Assembly: GCA_038205745.1 (NCBI GenBank)
Contig: JBBRBM010000001.1
Coordinates: 35,516-99,515 of the forward strand
Reading direction: 5' to 3'
DNA from: Verrucomicrobiota bacterium
Lineage (GTDB): Bacteria > Verrucomicrobiota > Verrucomicrobiia > Limisphaerales > SIBH01
Length of the DNA stretch: 64,000 bases
Part shown: positions 56,744 through 64,000 of the stretch, piece by piece
How positions within the stretch are numbered: the stretch's first letter is position 1
How the letters are laid out: each line of letters opens with the position of its first letter
Made by a program: the position numbers and the translations under genes
Notes under the pieces: model-generated
Databases searched by the model: none
The model's input: only the letters and a program-made list of their open reading frames with translations
What the model was told of the DNA's origin: nothing

Positions 56744-56956
56744 TCAGATCGTCACGACGTCGCGCTGAATGCGCACCCCGAACGTTCGCTCGATCTCGGG
56801 CTGAGCTTCCTGCCATTCGCGAATCGCGTCCCGGATGTTCGTGAGCGCCTCTTCGCGCGTCATGCCTTGCGAGCAGCAGCCGGGCAGGTCGTCGCACCAG
56901 ACGGCGAAGCCTTCTTCTGATTCCACAAGCGTCACACGATATTGCATGCGAGCCAA
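56744..56956 (-). CDS. hicB: HicB-like (UPF0150) antitoxin, short form without a DNA-binding domain
   Basis: 70 aa. YRVTLVESEEGFAVWCDDLPGCCSQGMTREEALTNIRDAIREW. Confidence 0.75.
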   Translation of the reverse strand: MARMQYRVTLVESEEGFAVWCDDLPGCCSQGMTREEALTNIRDAIREWQEAQPEIERTFGVRIQRDVVTI

Positions 56957-56990
56957 ACTTACGTTTTCACCAAGCCTGTCGCAACGGCAT

Positions 56991-57548
56991 TCATTCCTGC
57001 TCTTCCTGCCAGCGCGGAATCAAATTCTGCGGCAATCCGATGTGATCCATCACGCGCGCCACCACCGTGTCCACGACCTGCTCGATCGTTTTGGGGTTCA
57101 TGTAGAAGAACGGATTCGCTGGCAGGAGTGTCGCCCCGGCGAGGATCAGCAGTTCCATGTTCTTCACTTGAATCAAGCTCAGCGGCATTTCGCGCGGCAC
57201 GATGATGAGCTTCCGCTTTTCCTTCAACATCACGTCGGCCGCGCGCGTGAGAACATCCTCGCTGAAGCCGTGCGCGATGCGGCCCATCGTGCCCATCGTG
57301 CAGGGGATGATCACCATGGCATCGAACGGATTGCTGCCGCTCACGAACGGCACGTTCATGCTTTTGAGTCCGTGCGAGGGGACATTCGGCGGCAGGCGAA
57401 GTCCGCCGGGCAACTCGTCCTTGATCACTTGCTGCGCGTAATTGCTGAGCACGACATGCACCTCGTGCTGCGCGGTGTCGATGTTTTCGAGCAATCGCTG
57501 CGCGTAGATGACGCCGCTGGCTCCGGTGATCGCGATGACAATTCTCAC
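56991..57548 (-). CDS. ubiX: flavin prenyltransferase UbiX
   Basis: MRIVIAITGASGVIYAQRLLE, VVLSNYA, IIPCTMGTMGRIAHG and LIIVPREMPLS. Confidence 0.88.
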   Translation of the reverse strand: MRIVIAITGASGVIYAQRLLENIDTAQHEVHVVLSNYAQQVIKDELPGGLRLPPNVPSHGLKSMNVPFVSGSNPFDAMVIIPCTMGTMGRIAHGFSEDVLTRAADVMLKEKRKLIIVPREMPLSLIQVKNMELLILAGATLLPANPFFYMNPKTIEQVVDTVVARVMDHIGLPQNLIPRWQEEQE

Positions 57549-57566
57549 TTCAGTCCGGCAACTGAA

Positions 57567-58970
57567 TCAGCGCCGGATGCGAAGCGCAACTTCGCCTTTG
57601 TAGTCAGGTGAAGTCAGCGTGAACTCGCCGGACGTTTTCACGCGCTCGGTTTTCAATTTTTTGCCGGTGAAAACGTCAACCCATTCGGCGCGATAATTTC
57701 CGGCAGGCAACGCGACGTTCAGCGAGAGACTTTGCGGCGTCGCATTGGTGCCGCTGAAAAGATACGCGCCATATTGCTTTCCACTTTCCGCCAGCCCGTA
57801 GACATGGGTCTTTGCCGGCACGCCGGCTTTGATCCAACTCGTGTCCGGCTTCATGTGGACGAAATCAAAGCTCTCGATGAACTCGCGAAGGATCGCGAAC
57901 TGGCGGCGCAAATCTGTGTTGCCGCCGCCCGGCTGCTTGGCTGGATAAACGAAATCGCCTTTCTCGTGCCCGGCCACGAACGAATAGTCGAGGTTGTTGT
58001 AGAGCGCCCCGCCCGCCATCATGAACTCCCACGCCTCCATGCGGTAATGCGTATTGTTCGTGCCTTTGAATCCCGTCTCGTTCAGCCCGATGACTTTGTT
58101 CAATGCGTAGTTCTCTGCGACCGCTTTCGGCGGCGACGCGTAGTGGAAATTATAGATCGAAACATTCGGATGCGGGTTCGTGATCTTCTGGCTGCCGTTC
58201 GCGATGTTCATCGAAACGAGATGTTTCTTCGGGAGCGTTTTCTCCGCTTCGACGATCACGTCCACGATGTGATGCTGCCACTCCATCGTGACGCCGCCGA
58301 AGTACGGTTCGTTGCAAACCTCAAAGAAGAGATTGTCGAAGTCGTTCAGTTCCGTGACGAGCTTCCGCGTCATCGCCTCCTGCACCGCGAGCAGTCCGCC
58401 GTGCTTGTCGAGCGTGTGAATGTTGGTGCGCGCGACAGTACCAATGCCGTTCACGTTGTTGAGCGCGTTCTGTGGCGAGAGCTTCCACATCGACTCTTCA
58501 TACATCGGGCAGAACAAATTCATCTCCACGACCACGCCGCGCTTGTTCGCCTGTTTCATGAAATCGCGCAGGCGCTTGAAATAATCCTCGTCCCACTTGG
58601 TGAGATCGAACTTGTTCCCGCCGCCCGCGTAGCCCGGTTGATCGCTGCGCGCCCATGGGCAAATGAACCTGCCGGCGTGCGGCGCCATCGAGTTGCTCGC
58701 GATGTTGAACGCGCCGGTCGGCTCGACGTACGCGCCCGCCCAAATGCGCGTGTGGTTCAACTTCTCCGACTCAAGCGTCTTCAAATACTTCGCGTAGTCG
58801 AAATCGAGATTGATCACCGCGCCGTAATGCTCGCCCGAGGTCACGAGCACCGTCGGTTCGCCGCGCCAGAGGAAGTAATGCGGGTTCTCCGGGTGCAAAC
58901 GAATTGGTTCACGCGCGACGGTCGCAGCAAGAGACATCGCGAGCGCGGCAAAGACGGCGAGCAGTTTCAT
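57567..58970 (-). CDS. secreted glycoside hydrolase, (beta/alpha)8 GH5-like
   Basis: It has a signal peptide, RGVVVEMNLF and FFEVCNEPYFGG (NEP acid/base motif). The family assignment is tentative. Confidence 0.55.
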   Translation of the reverse strand: MKLLAVFAALAMSLAATVAREPIRLHPENPHYFLWRGEPTVLVTSGEHYGAVINLDFDYAKYLKTLESEKLNHTRIWAGAYVEPTGAFNIASNSMAPHAGRFICPWARSDQPGYAGGGNKFDLTKWDEDYFKRLRDFMKQANKRGVVVEMNLFCPMYEESMWKLSPQNALNNVNGIGTVARTNIHTLDKHGGLLAVQEAMTRKLVTELNDFDNLFFEVCNEPYFGGVTMEWQHHIVDVIVEAEKTLPKKHLVSMNIANGSQKITNPHPNVSIYNFHYASPPKAVAENYALNKVIGLNETGFKGTNNTHYRMEAWEFMMAGGALYNNLDYSFVAGHEKGDFVYPAKQPGGGNTDLRRQFAILREFIESFDFVHMKPDTSWIKAGVPAKTHVYGLAESGKQYGAYLFSGTNATPQSLSLNVALPAGNYRAEWVDVFTGKKLKTERVKTSGEFTLTSPDYKGEVALRIRR

Positions 58971-59021
58971 GCGCGCGAGAATGAAGCCGCAGGAAAGTTG
59001 TTCAACGAAATTTAAGGTGGA

Positions 59022-59111
59022 ACTCGTCGCGCTGCGACGAGTCGTGCGCCGTCCAGGCGCACGCGGGAAGCCGCCGCTGCACGCAGCGGAATGGTCGAAG
59101 CGCGACCATTC
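59022..59111. repeat. four consecutive short GC-rich hairpins
   Basis: The stems are actcgtcgc/gcgacgagt, cgtgcgcc/ggcgcacg, ccgctg/cagcgg and gaatggtcg/cgaccattc. The style matches the array at 10530-10686. Confidence 0.75.
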
Positions 59112-59120
59112 CCACCAACA

Positions 59121-60482
59121 TCAATGCGCCGGCTTCAGCGCCAGATCATCCAAGTCCAACCGATACAGCACCTGATTGTAATTGTTTCGGGGCGAGACTT
59201 GCGGCTTATCGGCGAACTCCGCTGTGAACGTTGCCTCGAAGATCAGGATCGGCGAATTCGTGGGCGTGAACTCGGGGTGCAGACGCGGATTGTAGAATGT
59301 GTAGTTCTCGTGCGTGAGCACTTTCACCGCTTTGCCCCATGGGCCGAGCGGCGAATCGGCTTCGGAGTACCAAAGTTCGCCGAGCGCCGATGGCTTGCCG
59401 AACGACTCCATGAACACGGTGACCCAGCGCTTGCGGAAATCGCTCCACATGATGTGGCCGGTGTGCGGCTTCACGGACTTGCCATCGACCGCTGACTCGA
59501 TCGTGCGCTGTGGCTTGAGCGATTCCCACGTCGAAGAATCCTGCCAAGCCTCGTATGTGGCCGGGCAGCGAAACGTTGGGAACGGATTGCCGAGCAGCAA
59601 CCACTCCTTGCCTTGCGCGTCCTTCCAAAAACTGGGATTGCCGTCCGGCAGCAGCGGTTTTGGTTTGCCGCTCGATTTCTCCCAAACAACTTTCAGTCGA
59701 TCGAAACTCGCCTTCACGTCGTTCCATTCGCACAGGCCGAACTCGTAAACTTCCAAGGGACCTTTGATCTTGTTGTAGCCGGATACCAGGTGCGGCTTGC
59801 CCTCTTTATCGAGCAACGTCGTGTAGCCAAAGAGCCACGTCGGACCGCTGCCCGGAATCTTCGCTACAGCGCGCGCGCGACCGTTCGCGTCGGTGAAGTA
59901 ATCGAAGTTCAATTTTACCGGCGGCTCGAACTTCACGAGCGGCTGGATGGAAGTCGTGGCGCTTGATGCGTCGAAGATCCCGAGCGGGTAATGGGCGAGC
60001 GTTGTGTCGCCCCAAGCCCAAAACATCTTGCCGCCATAAACAGCGTTCTGAACCGAGTCACAGCCGAACACGCCGCTCTCTTTCCAATCCAGCTCGCGCC
60101 CAAGCTTTTGGCTCTCGCTGAAAATTCCCGCGCCCGTGATGCGTCCAAGCCGCTTCGCGATGTTCTTGCGATCCACCTCGACCTTCAGCGTCTTGCCCGG
60201 CTGCGGTATCAACCGCACACCGCGATAACCAAAGCCGTCCTTCTTTACTTCGTAGCCGTGGCCGATGACATCGAACCACACTTCGCGGTTCATCAACTCC
60301 GGCGCGTCGCACGCGATCACGCCGTTGTTGTCGCTGACGAAGCGAACACTGTGGGTCGTGCGCAGCTCGACGAGCGGCACAGGCCATCCGCTGCCGCGTT
60401 CGACCACTTCGATTCGGCATGGCTCGCTCGCGAGTGCGATTGTTGCGGCGAAAAGCAGCACGATTGAAATGTTCGTCTTCAT
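59121..60482 (-). CDS. secreted hypothetical protein (about 453 aa)
   Basis: The ATG at 60482 (TGATG overlap) gives [18 protein letters not shown] (signal peptide). I could not assign a family by eye. Confidence 0.6.
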   Translation of the reverse strand: MKTNISIVLLFAATIALASEPCRIEVVERGSGWPVPLVELRTTHSVRFVSDNNGVIACDAPELMNREVWFDVIGHGYEVKKDGFGYRGVRLIPQPGKTLKVEVDRKNIAKRLGRITGAGIFSESQKLGRELDWKESGVFGCDSVQNAVYGGKMFWAWGDTTLAHYPLGIFDASSATTSIQPLVKFEPPVKLNFDYFTDANGRARAVAKIPGSGPTWLFGYTTLLDKEGKPHLVSGYNKIKGPLEVYEFGLCEWNDVKASFDRLKVVWEKSSGKPKPLLPDGNPSFWKDAQGKEWLLLGNPFPTFRCPATYEAWQDSSTWESLKPQRTIESAVDGKSVKPHTGHIMWSDFRKRWVTVFMESFGKPSALGELWYSEADSPLGPWGKAVKVLTHENYTFYNPRLHPEFTPTNSPILIFEATFTAEFADKPQVSPRNNYNQVLYRLDLDDLALKPAH

Positions 60483-61051
60483 CACCACTTAACTTTTGCT
60501 CCCTCGACGCGTCCGTCGAAGAAAAGCGCGTTCTTCCCCAACGACTGTCCCTGCGCAACGTGAAAAGGCTCGGCGTCGCCAGTCAACGGCGTGTTGATCC
60601 TGCCGCCGAACACGATTTCAACGAGACCGAAAGCGACCGGTGACACATCCTGCGGCCGATCGTGGGAAGCGCCATTCAGAAACGCGTTCCATTCGTAGCT
60701 CGTGGTTTCTTTGGCGAAGATCGTCGAGTCGGCCGTGCATTTGAAAATCTCCTTGCTGCCAACGTATTGCGTGAGCACTGACGGAAGCGTGGCCAGGGTC
60801 GTATCAAGACTCGGCAGCCGCGCGCACGTCGGAAGTTTGTTGTCGTGATCCTGCAAGTAAATATCCAGCCCGATGCCAATCTGATGCAGGTTGCTCACGC
60901 ACGAGATGCTCCGAGCGTTGCGCTTCCCCCGGCTCAGCGCGGGCAACAACATCGAGGCGAGAATCGCGATGATTGCGATCACGACCAGGAGTTCAACCAA
61001 CGTGAACGCACGCGGTCTTCGAGGTGAACCTTTCGTGATGCGAGCACTCAT
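60482..61051 (-). CDS. prepilin-type N-terminal cleavage/methylation domain protein (type II secretion pseudopilin-like, DUF1559-like)
   Basis: [25 protein letters not shown], with the C-terminal segment [11 protein letters not shown]. Confidence 0.85.
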   Translation of the reverse strand: MSARITKGSPRRPRAFTLVELLVVIAIIAILASMLLPALSRGKRNARSISCVSNLHQIGIGLDIYLQDHDNKLPTCARLPSLDTTLATLPSVLTQYVGSKEIFKCTADSTIFAKETTSYEWNAFLNGASHDRPQDVSPVAFGLVEIVFGGRINTPLTGDAEPFHVAQGQSLGKNALFFDGRVEGAKVKW

Positions 61052-61581
61052 GGCGCGTTCGTTCCTCCTTGCAGCGCTGTCAGCGTCGTCATGAGTTCAC
61101 GGATGACCGGCTCCGTCGCCGACCGGTAAGCGATGTCCCGCGAGCGATACAACGCAGAAGCGCGCTGAATTCTCGCCCGGCCCTCCTCCGATAGTAGCGC
61201 CGACGCCAGAGCTTCTCGTTCTTGCGCGCTCATTTTGTCGCGGTAGTTAGCAATCCAATCGGCGGTCGCTGCGATGTTGGTCTGGCGCTCGGCCGGCTTC
61301 ATGAAACCGACGAGGCGACGCATGCCTTCGATGTGGTTGGTGTCGAAGAATCCGAGAAAAACTTTCTGACGATTCGCCGGGTCGTCCATCGGCCCGTAAC
61401 GCAGCTCGATAAACCTTTCGAACTGTTTCTGAGCGCCACGCGCTCCGGCGCCTGCTTTGAGGTCCAACGCGATTTCCCTGATGATTGGCGCCCGTGTCTT
61501 CCACGCCCACGCCGCCACAGCCACAACCATCAGCACCACCGTGGCGCTGATCCGCAGGGTGATCTTCCATTTACGCGTCAT
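61048..61581 (-). CDS. membrane-anchored hypothetical protein
   Basis: It has an N-terminal TM ([17 protein letters not shown]) and the rest is helical. Its stop overlaps the pseudopilin start (ATGA). Confidence 0.5.
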   Translation of the reverse strand: MTRKWKITLRISATVVLMVVAVAAWAWKTRAPIIREIALDLKAGAGARGAQKQFERFIELRYGPMDDPANRQKVFLGFFDTNHIEGMRRLVGFMKPAERQTNIAATADWIANYRDKMSAQEREALASALLSEEGRARIQRASALYRSRDIAYRSATEPVIRELMTTLTALQGGTNAP

Positions 61582-61652
61582 TGCTCCTTGGTTGTATCGC
61601 GCAGCGGCAACTCTGTGATGTGCCGGAAGTCATGGCGGGATAAGAAACTGCC

Positions 61653-62306
61653 TTACAACAATCCGAGCTCCCGCGCCTTCAACGCCGCCTGCGTGCGGTC
61701 GAGCACGCCGAGTTTACCGAGCACGTTGCTCATGTGATTTTTCACCGTGCCCTCAGCGAGATTGAGCTCGGCGGCGATCTCCTTGTTGCTCATGCCACGC
61801 GCCAAAAATCGCAACACGTCGCGTTCGCGCTCCGACAACGGTTCCAACAACGCGATCACAGGCCTGGGACTGGCGTGTGACAGCCGATTGAATTCCGCGA
61901 GCACTTTCGACGCGATGGACGGCTGGAGAAATGACTCGCCTCGCGCCGCCGCACGAATCGCTTCAACGAGTTTCTCCGACGGAGCGCCCTTCAATAAATA
62001 TCCCACCGCGCCGGCGTGCAGCGCTTCGAACACTTCCTCGTCGTCATCAAACGTCGTGAGCACGATCACCTTCACCGCGGGATCGAGCGCACGAACGCGA
62101 CGGGTCGCTTCGACGCCGCCGAGGACTGGCATCCGAAGGTCCATGAGAATCACCGAAGGTTGCAAAGTCTTCGCACGCTGAATCGCCTCGTTGCCATTCG
62201 CGGCTTCGCCAACAACGGCAAGGTCTGCGTGAACTGAGAGCAGCGTGCGCAGGCCCTCGCGAAAGAGCGCCTGATCGTCCACGAGCAGAATGCGGATCGG
62301 TTTCAT
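61653..62306 (-). CDS. NarL/LuxR-family response regulator
   Basis: IRILLVDDQALFREGL, LMDLRMPVLGG, and the HTH segment LSERERDVLRFLARGMSNKEIAAELNLAEGTVKNHMSNVL. Confidence 0.9.
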   Translation of the reverse strand: MKPIRILLVDDQALFREGLRTLLSVHADLAVVGEAANGNEAIQRAKTLQPSVILMDLRMPVLGGVEATRRVRALDPAVKVIVLTTFDDDEEVFEALHAGAVGYLLKGAPSEKLVEAIRAAARGESFLQPSIASKVLAEFNRLSHASPRPVIALLEPLSERERDVLRFLARGMSNKEIAAELNLAEGTVKNHMSNVLGKLGVLDRTQAALKARELGLL

Positions 62307-63622
62307 CCGGGCACTTCCACTTCGAGCGTAAAACCAGCGCCATGAGCGGTCTGTGTCTTCACAGTTCCGCCGAGCAATTGCGCACGCTCGCGCAAACCGA
62401 GCAGACCAAAGCCGCGCGTCTGGTCGCTATTCTCCGGCGCTCCAGAACCATTGTCGCTCACGATGAGTCGGACTTTGTCTGCGTCGCGAAAGTCCAGCGT
62501 CAGCTTCGCGTGCGAAGCGGCGGCGTGCTTGTGGACGTTCGTGAGTCCTTCCTGTGCGGCGCGATACAACGTCAGTTCGGCAGCGGGAGAAAGTTCACGC
62601 GCCGCTCCAACGGTTTCCATTTCGACATTCATTCCCGAGGCACGGCTGTCTGCGACTATTTGGCCAACGGCTGTCGCCAACGATTTATTTTCAAGGGGCG
62701 GCGCGCGCAAAGCAGCGACGGAGCGGCGAATTTCCCGCAAGCCTTCCTGCGTCAATGATTGTGCCTTGTCCAAGGCGTCACGCGAACGCGCAGCATCAAG
62801 CGAATGAATCGCGCGCGCGGCTTCGATCTGCACATTCACGACCGTGAGGTAGTGACCAAGACTGTCGTGAATCTCCCGAGCGATCCGGTTTCGCTCACGC
62901 GTGGCAGCGAGTTCCTCGGCTTCCACGGCGTACTCGCGCAGCTTGCGATTGGCGGCGCCAAGTTCGTCGGCGAGCACCTGCACCTGGATGCGCGATCGTT
63001 CCGCGCTGACGGCCAGCATCGTGAAAATCAGCGTGAACACGACCGCGAACGAAAACGCCGTCGTCGCACTCAAGACGAATGGGAACCCTTGCTGCATCGC
63101 CACATTTCCGGCGAGCAAAGCCATGCTGATCAAGGCAACCACGGCGATGCCAGATCGCGGGAGCAAAATAACGCTGTGCGCCACAGGTGGAAGCAGCACC
63201 AACCACGCGAGTGCGCCACCGCGAACCTGATTGCTCAAAGTGAAAACGAGACCGGCGAGACTCAACTGTACGACGAAGTAGAAGATGCGCCGCGCGCCAA
63301 CGACATGAGCAACCACGGGAGTTTGCTCATTCAGCAGCGTTCGAATCGGTGCCTGCATTCCGTTCAGCGACCATGCCGTGTATGCGAGTGCTGCGGCAAT
63401 CAGCCCTGCTATTCGAGGTGGTGACCACAATCGAAAGTCAGCGAGAATTGCACCCACGACGCCCGCCGCCACCATCACCGCGACACCGAGTTGGGCATTG
63501 CGGACGACGATTTTCTTGCGCCGCTGGGTTTCAGAATCCGTCGGCACCGCCACGGGCCACACCGTCGCAAGAAAATTTCCTGCGACGCTGGAACTCATCG
63601 GTTCAGCGGAATTTCCGTTCAC
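62303..63622 (-). CDS. membrane sensor histidine kinase (HisKA_3 / NarX-DesK type)
   Basis: It has multiple TM segments, the H-box IAREIHDSLGHYLTVV, and the ATPase segments VSDNGSGAP and GFGLLGLRERAQLLGG. An ATGA overlap joins it to the regulator gene. Confidence 0.88.
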   Translation of the reverse strand: MNGNSAEPMSSSVAGNFLATVWPVAVPTDSETQRRKKIVVRNAQLGVAVMVAAGVVGAILADFRLWSPPRIAGLIAAALAYTAWSLNGMQAPIRTLLNEQTPVVAHVVGARRIFYFVVQLSLAGLVFTLSNQVRGGALAWLVLLPPVAHSVILLPRSGIAVVALISMALLAGNVAMQQGFPFVLSATTAFSFAVVFTLIFTMLAVSAERSRIQVQVLADELGAANRKLREYAVEAEELAATRERNRIAREIHDSLGHYLTVVNVQIEAARAIHSLDAARSRDALDKAQSLTQEGLREIRRSVAALRAPPLENKSLATAVGQIVADSRASGMNVEMETVGAARELSPAAELTLYRAAQEGLTNVHKHAAASHAKLTLDFRDADKVRLIVSDNGSGAPENSDQTRGFGLLGLRERAQLLGGTVKTQTAHGAGFTLEVEVPG

Positions 63623-63711
63623 GACACGAATCGTAACGAGCGATGGGGCGCAACGTCATGTGCCAAAAGTCACGCGCCGCGGGATGATGTTGTTCTGGCC
63701 CGCGAAGCAGC

Positions 63712-64000
63712 TCAGTAATCCTTCGTCTTCTTGTCCATCGCGTCGGATTTGAACTTGCCCTTTGCCTCCGGCTGTTTCATCTGCGGCGGCTCCTGCATTT
63801 CCAAATCCTTCTCCTGCAATTCCGCCTTGGCCTGCTGGGGATTCGGCTTCTGTTGCTTCTGCTGTTGCTGCTCTTTCGCAAGTTGCTGGCGTTCCTCTTC
63901 GGCCATCTGCTGGCGCAGTTCGGCGAGTTTCTTTCCCACCATGTCGAGCTTCTGCTCGGTCTTCTCTGTCGGCTTGAGATCTTCCAAATCCTGCAACGTG
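63712..64000 (-). CDS. low-complexity Q/K/E-rich protein, partial (N-terminus may lie beyond the window end)
   Basis: The ORF is open to the window edge. It reads ...LAKEQQQQKQQKPNPQQAKAELQEKDLEMQEPPQMKQPEAKGKFKSDAMDKKTKDY*. Confidence 0.4.
   Translation of the reverse strand, partial: TLQDLEDLKPTEKTEQKLDMVGKKLAELRQQMAEEERQQLAKEQQQQKQQKPNPQQAKAELQEKDLEMQEPPQMKQPEAKGKFKSDAMDKKTKDY

Noticed and set aside
1-64000. A search for prophage, transposon, integron or defence-system genes (integrase, transposase, nuclease/helicase pairs), tRNA genes and rRNA genes.
   Set aside because: I recognised none on either strand. The only mobile-type module is hicBA. tRNA detection by eye is unreliable, so a tRNAscan run would be needed to be certain.

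Overview
This is a high-GC chromosomal segment (GC not computed exactly) with about 60 protein-coding genes. I recognised no rRNA, tRNA, CRISPR array, transposase or integrase.

The gene content points to the PVC superphylum, most likely Verrucomicrobiota. This is inference only. The supporting signs are:
- a prepilin-type pseudopilin;
- a cluster of PmoA-like DUF6807, ThuA and xylose-isomerase-fold genes;
- a GHL10 hydrolase;
- a giant PA14/lamin-tail/CotH surface protein;
- frequent GTG/TTG starts and ATGA/TGATG gene overlaps;
- several families of intergenic palindromic repeats.

Layout:
1. 1-8852 is a dense signalling block. It holds an NtrC-type sigma54 activator, four histidine kinases and a large SAM methyltransferase, arranged like the Ralstonia phcB-phcS-phcR quorum-sensing cassette.
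2. 8958-13534 holds housekeeping and CAZy genes separated by hairpin repeats.
3. 13521-19699 is a three-gene phosphorelay.
4. 21565-29178 encodes one 2537-aa secreted protein.
5. 29310-34153 is an envelope/metal-stress islet. It contains an ECF sigma operon, two small secreted proteins that share a C-terminal FEIAPVK (one frame-disrupted), and Cys-rich and YHS-like proteins. It also contains a head-to-head junction between a 5'-truncated copA-type ATPase and a 5'-truncated Cys-tailed ECF sigma factor.
6. 36095-43655 is one Pho operon: phoU (fused to a degenerate LMW-PTP/ArsC domain), pstS, pstC, pstA, a degenerate pstB, a canonical pstB, phoB and phoR.
7. 43726-50740 holds stress and sugar-metabolism genes.
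8. 50890-55439 holds a TPR lipoprotein and three tandem DUF4139-like paralogues. Two of them carry a palindromic repeat inside their signal-peptide coding region.
9. 55604-57548 reads ubiX-hicB-hicA-ubiA.
10. 59121-63622 is a NarL-type two-component system followed by a pseudopilin operon.

All functional calls rest on motif recognition by eye. No database search was run. The ORF track uses ATG, GTG and TTG starts. Many listed ORFs are antisense shadows or are over-extended at the 5' end. I trimmed starts where homology, overlap geometry or a signal peptide supported it.
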